The notes: generated by a model from the letters alone, not told the origin. A stretch of DNA of 64,000 nucleotides from Octopus sinensis (GCF_006345805.1 NC_042999.1:91946001-92010000), one strand, 5' to 3'; shown: positions 25,801-40,466, counted from the first letter of the stretch. Numbers and translations are program-made.

Positions 25801-25904
25801 TGGACAAATTCCTTCAAACAGTCCCGGACAAACCACCCACACCCGGATATGTCTCCGCAAACAATAACTCTCTGCTCGAATGGGCCTCGGTGCCCAAATC
25901 CTGA
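22893..25904 (+). pseudogene. CR1-group (CR1/L2/Crack-like) LINE ORF2: APE endonuclease plus reverse transcriptase, frameshifted
   Basis: LNAQG, LTETHL, GGTAIYV, GLYRPP, MGDFNLP, LDLIF, SDHDMV (APE). [67 protein letters not shown] (RT). Ends GYVSANNNSLLEW, then a short 3' UTR and (TA)n at about 25990-26020. Confidence 0.95.
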
Positions 25905-25988
25905 ATTGAAAGACTTCGCCAGGTGGTGCTATTAAGTTAGACATGGCCAGGGCCAATACTGGCCAAATCCTTTCTAGGTTATTCTAAG

Positions 25989-26027
<39 letters not shown>

Positions 26028-26030
26028 CAT

Positions 26031-26260
26031 ATACTCTCTTTTACTTGTTTCAGTCATTTGACTGTGGCCTTTAGTCGAGCAAACCGACCCCAGGACTTAT
26101 TCTTTGTAAGCCTAGTACTTATTTTATCGGTCTGTTTTGCCGAATCGCTAAGTTACGGGGACGTAAACACACCAGCATCGGTTGTCAAGCGATGTTGGGT
26201 GGACAAACGCAGAGACACAAACACACACATACATATATATACATATATACGACGGGCTTC
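26031..26260 (-). mobile_element. SINE family B 3' half, truncated at the RTE insertion point
   Basis: ttttacttgtttcagtcatttgactgtggcc..caggacttattctttgtaagcctagtac..acgacgggcttc, directly abutting the RTE. Confidence 0.85.
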
Positions 26261-29200
26261 GGGCCCCTATCCAGGGTTACGGAAAGGAGACAACCTTCAA
26301 AGAAATCCGGAGTGGAGCCCCGAAGGCGGTTTAGTGTTCAACTCGACACTCTTCCGGCAGCTCCTGCAACCAAGCTGGTGCCAAACGTAATGCTCTGCAC
26401 TCCTTTGGACTACATCAGCAAGGTCGAGAGAGGAAACCTGACGATAGGGCTACCCAGGACTTTCTTATCTCTAGCCCAGGCCTGTGCAAAACTGGAGAGG
26501 ACACTTCGGTGCTGCTGTAAAAAGCTGCAGAAACAACACGGGAGGTAACAGTCACGAGTGATAAGTCCATCCAGATTGGCGTAAAATATGGGCGCTACGG
26601 GTTACCTCTGACGGTGGGAGGGACCTCCGTGTCCCCTTGGTTAGCTACTGCCCACCTCAAGCTGGGCAGCCCCCAGTTAATAAGGTGCTGACCCACCACA
26701 GGCCGCCTGATTCATTGGGTGCTTGGAGCTAAGAGTATGACTTGAAAAGCGGCCTGCAACCTCTGCACCAGGCAAACAACTAAAAGTCAAAAAACCACCA
26801 GTCCCGCGGTTGGCAAGCTGGAATGTCAGGACCATGTGTCCTGGAATATCTGATGATCTACTCAGGGTTGAAGACACAAGGAAAACGGCCATCATTGACC
26901 GTGAACTAAAGAGGCTGAACATGAACATTGCTGGGCTACAGGAGACAAGCTTCCCTCAAACGGCAAACTCAAAGAGCAGGATTTCACCTTCTTTTGTCAG
27001 GGAAGCGATCCAGAAGAACCTCGTCAATATGGCGTTGGCTTTGCAGTGAGAAACTCATTACTCTCCTCAATAGAACCATCATCAGGAGGCACTGAGCGTA
27101 TCCTCTCACTGCGCCTCTCGACTTCTTCTGGCTCAGTACATCTACTCAGCATCTATGCTCCCACTCTCTACAGCTCAGAGGAGACCAAGGACCAGTTCTA
27201 CAAAGATCTCAACTGTATCATAGAAAACATACCAACGACTGAAAATATCTACCTTCTAGGGGATTTTAACGCTCGCGTGGGATCGGACCATGATACGTGG
27301 CCTATTTGTGTTGGACACTTTGGTATTGGCAACATGAATGACAATGGTCAGAGACTACTCGAATTCTGCACATACCATAACCTGTGCATCACAAACACAT
27401 TCTTTACCAACAAGCCATCCCACAAGGCATCGTTGAGACATCCAAGATCTCACCACTGGCATCAGCTGGATCTCATCATTACACGGAGATCCTTTCTGAA
27501 TTCTATTCTATTGACCCGCAGTTACCACAGCGCGGATTGTGACACAGACCACTCACTAATTAGAAGTAGGGTGAGGATTCTGCCTAAAAAAGTCCATCGC
27601 TCCAAGAAAGTGGGCCGACCACGCATTAACACTGCCAGAACCTCGGACCCTACACTGCGAAAATGTTTTGCTGCTTCTATCAAGGTTGCCCTCAGTAGCT
27701 GCCCAACCTCCTCTGCTGAAAGTAGGTGGAACTATATCAGGGAAGCTTTGTATACGACATCAATAGATACTTTCGGCATGAGAGAAAGGCAAAACCCAGA
27801 TTCGTTCAATGCTGGGCTCTCAGAGCTGGAGCCAGTTATCGAAGCAAAGCGTGCAGCTCTGTCTGATGCAATACAAGAGTGACTCTTCTACAAAGTCACT
27901 CGAAGAACTCAGAAAGGCACGAAATAAAACCCAACTGACAGCCAGACGCTGTGCAAATAGGTATTGGCAGGAAATCTGTCAGAGTATCCAGTCAGCTGCT
28001 GACGGGGGCGACGCCCGTGGGATGTATGCCGGTTTGAAGAAGGCCCTCGGTCCATCCGCAACCAAGTCAGCCCCTCTGAAATCAACTACTGGAGATCTCA
28101 TCAGGGATCAAAGCAAGCAAATGGATAGATGGGTGGAGCACTACCAGGATCTCTACTCACGGGAGACTACAGTGGCTGAGGCTGCAGTCGAGAGTGTCAA
28201 GATCTTGCCAGTCATGTGCGAACTTGACAGTTCGCCAGCTATAGCAGAGCTCACCAAAGCTGTTGACTCCCTAGCAAGAAACAAGGCTCCGGGAAAAGAC
28301 GGCATCCCCTCAGAGATCATCAAAACCGGCAAAAACACCATCCTGCTTCGGCACCTTCATGAGCTTCTGTGTCAGTGCTGGGAAGAGGGTACAGTCCCTC
28401 AGGATATGCGGGATGCTAACATCATTACGCTTTACAAAAACAAAGGTGACCGTGGTGATTGTAACAATTACCCTTCTAAGCACTGTTGGAAAGACCTTTG
28501 CCCGCGTTATCCTGGCCAGGCTACAACTACTTGCTTCTCGAATCTATCCGGAATCGCAGTGTGGCTTTAGAAGAAGCAGATTAACTATCGATATGATATT
28601 CTCCATACGCCAACTTCAGGAGAAGTCCAGAGAGCAGAAAACGCCATTATATATGGCCTTCATTGATCTAACAAAGGCCTTTGACTCGGTAAGCAGAACA
28701 GGCCTCTTCATCCTGCTCCAAAAAATCGGATGTCCACCAAAGCTGCTGAGGATCATCAAGTCTTTCTGTGATGATATGCAAGGCACCATACAGCACAATG
28801 GTTCAACATTAGCCGCCTTCCAAATAAAAAACGGGGTAAAGCAAGGTTGTGTCTTCGCTCCTACATTGTTTGGCATCTTCTTCTCGCTCTTACTTTCACA
28901 TGCCTTTCAGAGTGTTTCTGCACAGTAGAAGTGACGGGAAACTGTTCAATCTCTCGCGCCTGCGTGCCAAGACCAAAATCAGAAGCATCCTGATCAAGGA
29001 GATGCTATTTGCTGATGATGCCGCTCTGGTATCACACACAGAAGAAGCCCTCCAAAGGCTCAGTAACTGTTTTGAGCAAGCATGTAACGACTTTGGCTTA
29101 GCTATCAGCCTTAAGAAGACCAACATCATGGGTCAGGCTACATCGGACATCCCAAACATACATATTGGAGACTACAAATTACAAGAGGTGGAGACGTTTA

Positions 29201-30027
29201 CCTATCTTGGCTCTACCGTCACCTACAACCTATCCCTTGACGCTGAGCTCAATATACGCATTGGCAGGCAGCTGCTGCGATGGCCCAACTCTCCAAAGAG
29301 GCTTGGGGCAACAATAAGCTGACCAAGACCACGAAAATGAAGATCTACAAGGCATGTGTACTTAGCACTCTACTGTATGGAAGTGAGACTTGGACGCTAT
29401 ACACACGCCAAGAGCGTCGCCTAAACATCTTTCACCTGCGCTGCCTCCGGAAAATCCTCCGCATCAAATGGCAGAATCATATCCCCAACAAAGATGTCCT
29501 CAAGCAAGCAGGAATACCAAGCATGTTTGCACTCCTCACACAAAGACGTATGAGATGGCTTGGGCATGTTAGCCGTATGAAAGATGGCAGAATCCCCAAG
29601 GACATACTCAACGGAGAGCTTGCTAGGGGTACTAGGTCTGTGGGTAGACCGTTCTTACGTTACAAGGATGTTTGCAAAAGGGACATGAAGGCCTGCAACA
29701 TCAATATTAGCGGTTGGGAGGCAGTTGCCGGCAACTGTGGAGGCTGGCGACGTACCGTAAAAGAGGGAATACAAAGGAGTGACAGAGAGAGAGAGGAGAA
29801 ATTGAAAGACAAGAAAAAACGTCAACAAGAAACTATGGCATTACAACCATCCAGGAACAGTCTTCGCTACATTTGCGGTACCTGCCAGAGGGAGTGTATG
29901 TCCAGGATAGGACTACACAGCCACAGCAGGAAATGTATCAGGACATGAAATGTAAAAGCCGGACTAGACTACTTTATGCGCAACTCCATTGTCTCCCGAG
30001 ACAAAAAGGATGCCAGCCAACCAACCA
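26261..30027 (+). mobile_element. RTE-clade (BovB-like) LINE, near full length, inactivated
   Basis: About 500-nt 5' UTR. ORF pieces 26810-29948 in 6 segments: ASWNVRTM, GLQET, IYAPT, LGDFNARVG, NDNGQRLLEFC, FIDLTKAFDSV, GVKQGCVFAPTLF, MLFADDAAL, YLGS, GSETWTLY, RWLGHVSRM, and C-terminal CGTC..HSRKC. 3' tail ccagccaaccaacc. Confidence 0.95.
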
Positions 30028-30384
30028 TATATATATATATAACAATTAATAAGAGGAATGACCACTAAAGTGGATTCCTATATGCTAAATATAGACGTCA
30101 AATCGCCTTACCTTGAAGAAAGTGTTCTCAAGAAAAATATCTCTGCAAACGCCAGAATGTAAAAAATAAGCAAGACAAATGAAAATATAGAAAATAAAAC
30201 GATTACCTACGTATCATGATTTCATCATAAACACTTGCAAAATGCAAGGATCTGTAACTCCTCAGCGTAACCTATCATATTTCTTCGGATTTATCTTTTT
30301 TTTTTAAATAGCTAGATCACTGGTTTAAATTGATATTAATTGAATGATATCAATTTCTACCCTCATTATTTATATTATATATAT

Positions 30385-30443
<59 letters not shown>

Positions 30444-30560
30444 TATGTATGTATGTATTATGTATGTATGTATGTATGTATGTATGTATGTATGTATGTA
30501 TGTATGTATGTATTGTATGTATGTATGTATGCATGCATTTATGTATGATATTAATATGGT

Positions 30561-30607
<47 letters not shown>

Positions 30608-30612
<5 letters not shown>

Positions 30613-31081
30613 AGGGCTTAGTAAAATAAATTACTTTGCCACATACTGAACTCATTAGAAATAGCAGCCAAAAAAATTTTTTAGCCATTTCTAATACTTA
30701 AAGAAAATTTCTCTCAGATAGTGTTTACTCAAAATAACCCACGAAGGTATGGGGGTAAAAACATTAAAAAATCACAAGTGCAAAGATTATTTGAGAACGT
30801 ACGTTTCTAGATCAGCCAAATACAATTCGACATTTCTTTCGTCAGCTCAAAATTTCTTAATTCGGATTTGTAAACACTGAAAGTAGGAGCATACCCTTTT
30901 GGCGACTTTTCACCTCCGAAGATCCGCTCAGACTAACAGTGCCAACAAATTCAAAATATGCAAGCGAAGAATTTCTGCCCTCCCCCTTCCACCCACGTGG
31001 GCTAAACTAGCAAACACCATGTTTTATCAGTGAAAACCGAAGCATTAAACATTAAACATTTATTTTACTAAGCCCTTTATA
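30608..31081. mobile_element. Tc1/mariner-type MITE (about 474 bp) with perfect 24-bp TIRs including TA
   Basis: tataaagggcttagtaaaataaat (30608-30631) and atttattttactaagccctttata (31058-31081). Confidence 0.85.
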
Positions 31082-31200
31082 AAATGTAATATTTTGAATT
31101 CGCCTTAAATGGTCCCTTTACATACTGAATACTAGGTGAAATTGATTAATAATTAATTAATTTTACCCTCAATTGTTGAAATTATAATTCATTTTTCTCT

Positions 31201-31645
31201 GTTTAATGCTTCGGTTTTCACCGATAAAACATGGTGTTTGCTAGTTTAGCCCACGTGGGTGGAAGGGGGAGGGCAGAAATTCTTCGCTTGCATATTTTGA
31301 ATTTGTTGGCACTGTTAGTCTGAGCGGATCTTCGGAGGTGAAAAGTCGCCAAAAGGGTATGCTCCTACTTTCAGTGTTTACAAATCCGAATTAAGAAATT
31401 TTGAGCTGACGAAAGAAATGTCGAATTGTATTTGGCTGATCTAGAAACGTACGTTCTCAAATAATCTTTGCACTTGTGATTTTTTTAATGTTTTTACCCC
31501 CATACCTTCGTGGGTTATTTTGAGTAAACACTATCTGAGAGAAATTTTCTTTAAGTATAAGAAATGGCTAAAAAAATTTTTTTGGCTGCTATTTCTAATG
31601 AGTTCAGTATGTGGCAAAGTAATTTATTTTACTAAGCCCTTTATA
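31201..31645. mobile_element. Inverted, one-end-truncated second copy of the same MITE
   Basis: Near-perfect reverse complement of 30608-31050; followed by a direct copy (31646-31746) of the flank 31082-31182. Confidence 0.9.
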
Positions 31646-31742
31646 AAATGTAATATTTTGAATTCGCCTTAAATGGTCCCTTTACATACTGAATACTTGG
31701 TGAAATTGATTAATAATTAATTAATTTTACCCTCAATTGTTG

Positions 31743-31827
<85 letters not shown>

Positions 31828-31914
31828 GACAGAGGTGTGAGAGTTGGTATGTGAAAGCACGTGTTTGGATGTATAAAGGAGAAAATAGAGTGAAAAAACT
31901 ACATGATATTTTGA

Positions 31915-32010
31915 GATTTATACATCTCTTAGTCGGCCTGCAATAAAAGGCGGGGGTGTCTGTACTCTTTAGAGAAGAACTGAATCTCGAGGTGCGTATG
32001 ATCTTCCTTC
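31915..32010 (+). pseudogene. Small Tx1-type APE fragment
   Basis: IYTSLSRPAIKGGGVSVLFREELNLEVRMIFLQP; similar to 61535-61630 in this window. Confidence 0.5.
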
Positions 32011-32339
32011 AGCCGTGGCTAACTATAAAAATGACAAAGTGTGGTTGAGTCCGACATATTTCAATTAACCTTACGAGCCTTCTGCCCACTGAACAAATAC
32101 AGAAGTCCCTCGCCTTTTCTGCCAACACCTTTTCCACAACGGCACAACCAGCAGCAAAAGCAGCAGCAACATCAACATCGATACCGACAGTATCAAGACC
32201 AAGAATAATTTGCACCAAAATGAACAACAAAACTTCACTACATCAGCAATAAACACCAACACCACATCCAAGGAAAACAAAAAAAAAAGCATTATAGTGG
32301 GAATTGACGGAGATTAGTCGATAACCTCGTGCTAAGGTT

Positions 32340-32480
32340 CTTGACTGATACTTTATTTATTGATACTGAGAGAATGAAAGGCAAGGTTGATCTGGACAAA
32401 TAAATTTGAATCAGAATGTCGGAACAAATAGAGCAAATTCTTTTTCCTACACCCTAACGTTGCTGCCAGCTCACCGTTTT
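32340..32480 (-). mobile_element. Decayed SINE family A monomer
   Basis: gagaatgaaaggcaaggttg..atttgaatcagaa..ctaacgttgctgccagctcaccg. Confidence 0.6.
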
Positions 32481-33485
32481 CAACCATGTCATGTTAAGAA
32501 AAAATTAATAAAAACAGAAACGGTCAATTTAATTACTGATTATTTTATAAGAGATCGAACTTGTGAATATTCCTTACTCAGACGTGTCAATGTGTATTGC
32601 AAATATTTCCTTTACAATTATTTTCTGACATCAGTAACCGAATGACCTGCGAAATTAATGTTGAAAAGGCTAATATAATCATAAACTGTTTATAGGCAGG
32701 TAATCTGTTCATCATCGATGGTAAAACTCCTTCAAGATCTTTCGTTATCTCCAGACGAATCACGAAATCTATAACTTGTTAAATTGAAGTAGTTTTATGC
32801 TAATTGATTTTCGTTATTTGAAGTGGTCGACTCTTCGATCTCCGCGATGCGCTTTCACTTTTCCACTGACTGAAATATTCGAAAAATTATGGTCTAAACA
32901 GTTAGGTATTCCAGAAGCACATATACCCTTTACTAAACTCTCAGGTCAAATCAAAATACCATAATATAACAAGGATAACTTTGTCAAGTAAAGGTATAAC
33001 AAGAAAAAAAAAAGCGAGAGAGAAAATTTATACTAGACAATTTTATTTATCGACTGCAAGAGGCAAGATTTGAACATGGAATGAAGAGATCTTAAAGAAA
33101 TACAGAAAGGTATTCTATTCAATACTAACGTTTCTGCCAATTAGATATCTTTTCGTTATTTGATAGCAGTGAAAAATTCAAATGGCTTAACTATTTGACA
33201 ACAGGTTAAAATTTCCAACGCAATATTACCCGTTAAATGTGGTAAAGAATAGAATAGCAATCAGTATAGAAAAATACTGAGATCGTAAGATATTTTTAAT
33301 TCTTCATTAAAGCTATTTCACTTAACTATAAATGCCATTGACAAAGCCTGACAGTCACATTTCTCATTTGTCTTCCTCTAAAATAAAGACCAATTGTGTC
33401 TTTTAAAGAAGAAATCAAGAACAAACTTTTCAAGAAGAAATCAAGAAACAGATTAATTTCGGTTTCAATATTGATGATGGGGAAA

Positions 33486-33860
33486 GGCGGCGAGCTAGCA
33501 GCAACGTTAGCACGCCGGGCAAAATGCTTGGCGGTATTTCGTCTGCCGTTACGTCGATTAAATAAATACCAGTTACGCACTGGGGTCGATGTAATCGACT
33601 TAATCCGTTTGTCTGTCCTTGTTTGTCCCCTCTATGTTTAGCCCCTTGTGGGCAATAAAGAAATAAGAAATGTTAGTACACCGATGAATGCTTAGCGGTA
33701 TTTCGTCTGTCTTTACGTTCTGAGTTCAAATTTCACCGAGGTCGATTGTCTGACATCCTTTCGGGGTCTATAAATTAAGTACCAGTTGCATACTGGGTCG
33801 ATCTAATCGACTGGATCCCCTCCCACCAAAATTTCGGGTCTTGTGCCCAGAGTAGAAAAG
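33486..33860 (+). mobile_element. Dimeric SINE family A with 14-bp TSD
   Basis: Head ggcggcgagctagcagc and two cores, flanked by aatattgatgatgg (33467-33480) and aatattgatgaagg (33861-33874). Confidence 0.85.
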
Positions 33861-33880
33861 AATATTGATGAAGGATATAC

Positions 33881-34075
33881 GGCGGTAAGCTGGCAGCATC
33901 GTTAGCACACCGATCAATATTTTTAGCAGCATTTCGTCCGCATTTAAGTTCTAGGTTCAAATTCCGCCGAGATCGATTTTGCCTTTTATCCTTTCGAAGT
34001 GGATACGATAAGTACCATCAAATGCTGCAGTTGATGTGATCGATTTGCACCCATCTCAAAAACTGCTGGCCCTGT
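33881..34075 (+). mobile_element. SINE family A monomer, decayed
   Basis: ggcggtaagctggcagcatcgttagc..ggttcaaattccgccgagatcg. Confidence 0.75.
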
Positions 34076-34649
34076 GCCAGAATTTGCAACCAATTGACGA
34101 TTTGGAACGGAGAATAGATTTTTGTTTAAATATTTTAGTCTTCTTATTCATATTTATAACGTATCTCTGTGAGAACTTACTTTCTAGTGAATAAGGGGAA
34201 AATCTAAATTTTCGATACCTAAAGAAAAGCTGCAATGCCCATACCCTAATCTAACAGCATTATAGATACAACTGAACAGATTAAGCAAATATTTAACTGA
34301 GAATTGAAATCAGATCGTATTTCCTAGACATTGAAATTTTCTTTATCGTATCAACTTTTCAATAGTATCATTTTACAGTTCAATGGTCTCTAACAAGGAA
34401 TTGAGGGAAGCAAAGCGACGAATTTGGAGGTTAGAAAACTAAGTACTAATTTGAGAGTTCATAGCTTTCTCAATGGTATCCAAGATATATCTGTGGGTGG
34501 TGACTTGATTCAAATACTAAACTAGGCTACTTAGGATACAGCAAGTGGCAAAAAATATATTTTCTATGATACAACTTGCCACAGGTTGCAAAATAATGCA
34601 TGGTTTTAGAGCACTCCCTTTAAGAGAAGGAACAAATCGAATATATATA

Positions 34650-35090
34650 TATTCTCGGTCTACGCATGAATTGGGATTCAAGGAAGGAAGTCCGATAATG
34701 CTGCTTCGGAATCTGGAACCACGGAGACTCTGTAATAACAAACGACTGGTTGTAAAAAAAAATCTAGTCCATGTCATCGAAGCGACCGTTTTAATGAGAT
34801 GTGGACAAAGGAACGACGTATTTATTCCAAGAATTTCCCCTCATTCCATAAGGAGGGATATTCTCGTTTAATTCAGAGATTCCAATTCCCAATCCGTGTC
34901 AGCTTTGCGATGTCCATCAACAAGTCCCAAGGCCAAACCCTATTTGTGGCTAGCCTTCTTTTGGTAGAGTCATGTTTTTCACACGGACAACTGTATGTTG
35001 GCTGTTCAAGAGTGGGAAGCAAGACGGATCTTTTTGTCTTCGCCCAAAACAGGAAAACACGGAACATTGTATACAAGGAGGTGCTGCAAT
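34650..35090 (+). pseudogene. Helitron PIF1-family helicase C-terminal fragment
   Basis: HELGFKEGSPIMLLRNLEPRRLCN..RLVV..HVIEA..VFIPRI, then FQFPIRVSFAMSINKSQGQTL..CFSHGQLYVGCSRVG..LFV..KTRNIVYKEVL (helicase motifs V and VI); frameshifted. Confidence 0.9.
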
Positions 35091-35498
35091 CGCAACACCA
35101 GGGAGAATGATAAGTATTTCCTGTTTCTTGAACATATGTGTTACAATTCCTCATCGCTGGATGCCCAATATCATTTGGCTTTTTAGGTAAAAGGACAAAA
35201 GAGCATATACTCGATTAGTTGAGATAAGAAGACACTTGATGTATCAAGTGCCTTGATGTATGAGGCATGTCTCCATGCTGAGTCTGAGGCCATGTGTGAA
35301 AATGAATGGAGGCATAACGTCACCATCACTAGTGATTACTCCAGACACCAATGAAATGCTCGCATTGGAGTTTTCGGCAGGAATGCTAACCAGTGCAGCA
35401 TGTCGTTTCAGAATTTCCGACAGGGGGTGCTGTTTTATTTACAGACAGTGCCCAACTGATCCTATTATACTGTCGACCAAATCAAAAACAATGTGCAT

Positions 35499-35534
<36 letters not shown>

Positions 35535-35612
35535 CAATTGCAGCGTGCAATTGTTTTCGTTCTAGCACACGATCTCAGATCAAATCACTTGCTATGCAAG
35601 TACATCTCCGTA

Positions 35613-35652
<40 letters not shown>

Positions 35653-35668
35653 TATATATAGTATAAAC

Positions 35669-35882
35669 ATGAGGGGCGCTGAAAAGTTCCTCGCTATGGG
35701 TAGAAGAAAATACAGGAGGGTCAGTTAATTATGATTTAATCCAACCTATTCCCGACTCAGATTCACATACTTGTCACAGCGGTCTTCCAGTTTTTCTAAG
35801 TCCTGTAAAGAATTCGGAAGTTTGGGCCTCCTTCAAGGCTCTTCGCGATACTTTTAGAACCTGGAACATTTCAGCACCTTAC
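35669..35882. mobile_element. Mariner-derived MITE (about 210 bp)
   Basis: Left end atgaggggcgctgaaaagttcc; right end ggaacatttcagcacctt (imperfect TIR). Confidence 0.7.
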
Positions 35883-35889
35883 AGGATAT

Positions 35890-37433
<1,544 letters not shown>

Positions 37434-37830
37434 AAATGAAAGAACATCCTTGGGCGCGCGGGGCATATAATTGAACTTATTTTAGGATATCGCCCACGAT
37501 AATGAACCAAACGTAGGGGACTATAACAACAATAATAGCAAGAAACGGAAGTATCCCTTTACATATGATGCTGTTTATACCGTCTCGTATGCACGCATAT
37601 ACACCATCGATGACAGATATACAGACACTTGTTTACACATAGACATGCGTATGGAGGTAGTTTCGTCTGCATATACACAGGCAAGAAAGCACACATAACT
37701 ATAATTGCGTGTTAGTCTCTGAATGCCTGTGTGCGAAGCTTTATGTAATTACAGTAAAACGGATATATATGATTATACAAATATAAAAGAGTTGATTACA
37801 TAATCACACTTTCTTGGACATAAATACAAG

Positions 37831-37862
<32 letters not shown>

Positions 37863-38229
37863 TGTATGTATGTATGAATTTATTTGTGTATGCGTATGTA
37901 TAGTGATAGCTATTTCCACACACCCATCGGCACACGTATGTAAACATTTCTACACACATTAAAACACGAGTACATAAATATGATTGTACACAAATATATC
38001 TTATCACTACTTCTGCTGAAGTTAGCGCTAACTTAATTGATGCAGATAGCGAGGAAACTTTAATTCATGCGCATAGCGAGCGAAATATAGGAAGAAAGCT
38101 TGAAATTTATACAAATAAAATTGGGTAACAAATCCATATCTGAAAATTGAAATAGGTTGCTTACTCTGAAATATTCTTAAAATTGAAAATAACCATGTAG
38201 TGAAAAGGAAAATTTAACCTCATCTTTGT

Positions 38230-38760
38230 TAGACACCGTAACAACTCCAGATATCTCTCGATTTTACTTCACCTCCTCAGTGACGAAATGTTTCTACCGA
38301 TTGTCAGATTTGTAATATAAAAGATGCTTATTATATTTGCATACCGTAGTGGATATATAGCCACACCAATTAACTACTCCGACTGAAGCAAATCATCTAC
38401 ATGTTCAGTCCCTATCTTCGGTTTTTCGGTGGGAAGTAGCAGTGATTCTATTGTCAAAATATGAAATTCTTTGGCAGCACATGACATCTCTGGGAGTGTG
38501 CGTCTTTCTTTGACGCATACTAATCTTCTGACATTTGAAGAATGTTTGTGGAAAACCATTGTTTGATAGAACATTCTTGAAATATGTGGGGGTGACAGCT
38601 TTATCTGCCTGTATCTTCGTTATCATCACACTTTTTTTCTTTCTTCTCTTCTGGTGTATTTCTCCAATACTACCGTGACAGCCCGCTTCACTCCTTCCCC
38701 TGCATAACTTCGAACTCAACGCTAACTTAGCTAAAATCATACAGTATATTTTAACATTTT
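38230..38760 (-). pseudogene. Possible Penelope-like element remnant (GIY-YIG end and terminal repeat)
   Basis: Minus-strand YAGEGVKRAVTVVLEKY resembles a decayed YxGETxRxLxxRLxEH. A CTGAGGA..GAGA motif at about 38255-38280 resembles PLE terminal hammerhead cores. Weak evidence. Confidence 0.35.
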
Positions 38761-40466
38761 ACTGAAACCCTGACCCAGTCCTTAAATCCCTTTACAAAAT
38801 CTGACAACTAAAACCTTCGGACAAGTGGAGGGAGTTCTGCTTCGTCTATAAGATTACATACAGCGACTTAGCACTCGAACACGTTAGAGACACTGTATAA
38901 AGAAAGTTCCCAGCATCACATCTAGTCAGTATGAATTGATTATTCGTTCATTTAGTGAAAATAATAACCGGATAAATATTTGTAGCAACAGGAAATTTTA
39001 CTGAAGTACCCAAAATGTAAACGTTACTGCAAATTTAAACTGTGCTTTATTCTACCCTTACTACAAGAAAATAAAGAAATACCTCCAGTGTATTAATATT
39101 AAATCCACTCACTCTAGATCTGTTTTAAATGACGTCATCACCAGTATTTGTACTGGAATTTCCAACTTCCCCGTCCAGTGCAGCTATTTTCAGTTACCGT
39201 ACCCTGTTCTATAACCAAGCCATCCTCGGCAGTAGCTCCTTCAAGAAAATAGCTTGCGTCCACAACACCAGGTTGATAAACAAGTTAGAAATGTTAACTG
39301 CATATTATTTCATCTGAATCCAACAATATCACGAGCCAGATTAACACTAAACTTACTGCTACTGATGACAATCACGTCCCCCTATGTAAATTAGCCTGGA
39401 TATAGAAGGCCCACAATACGGTCATCCCTGGTAAGCTATCTCCATCTACAATCTAACGGAAATGATAAGCATGATAGGAGGATTGAGATACTTTGTTTGA
39501 TATTACAGTTCTATTTACATGTGAAATTCCAATCCAAACACATCTTTAAATTTAATTTCCCACCTCAACATAAATACCACTATTTTAAATAGTTCTCGTA
39601 TCAAACTCTTCTATTTCACAACAAGTAAACTCGGCTCTACAATTGCAGCATCGAATAGAAGAAAATTAGGACATGTATGAAAGAAACCTCATAATTCCCG
39701 TTATAGCAATCGTTAAAATTATCGCAGTAATAATAATTCCATTTATAGTTCCCACTAAAATAATACTGATAGAGGTAATATCACTTATAATAAAAACGAC
39801 AACTTCAGTAACAATAACAACTGTATAAGCAATATGGACCGCGACAAAAGTTATGGGAAGAACAACTGTGAATCAGCTAAAAGTGAAAATAAAAAATAAA
39901 CGAAAATATAATTGAAAACGTTTATGACATTGCTGACAATAACAGCAATACTGATCGTAATATTAATAATAGTGTCCGTAACTATAATAATAATGATTAT
40001 AACGATTATGAAAGTAGTGATCATAACGTTAATACCAACAACAAAGAAATAGGTATCCATAATAAGAATTGTAATCCTAGTTATGCCATTAAGAGCTACT
40101 ATAATGACTTAATTTACTTGTCTCGCAATCACTAAGACGGTAAAATGACTTTCGCTAATAAGGATGTCCATCTTATCTAGGCGTCGGAAAAAAAAATGGT
40201 GGTTTCTATATCTTTTTCTTAAAATTCACATTCACATCTTTTTCTTTTAAATTTCATTATTTTGTAAAACTGAAGTGACTTCAGTTTCGCAAATAACCTA
40301 CATAACCATGCATACCCGGCCAAGTGGGAAATTGTCTGGGTCCCGAAAGTTATATTTTGGAGTAAGTGCCTGGTATCTATTGCATATAATATTACTTTTC
40401 ATGTAATGGCAGTATCTGTAAGAAACTTTCCCTCAATGTCTATTAAATCTTTTCTTATACCTATAG

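Noticed and set aside
32009-32292. Hydrophobic/Ala-rich minus ORFs and a Q/N-rich plus reading
   Set aside because: Low-complexity CAG/CAA-rich DNA with no recognisable domain or convincing splice pair.
39130-39137. Perfect CRE palindrome TGACGTCA
   Set aside because: About one 8-mer hit is expected by chance in 64 kb, and no linked promoter is evident.
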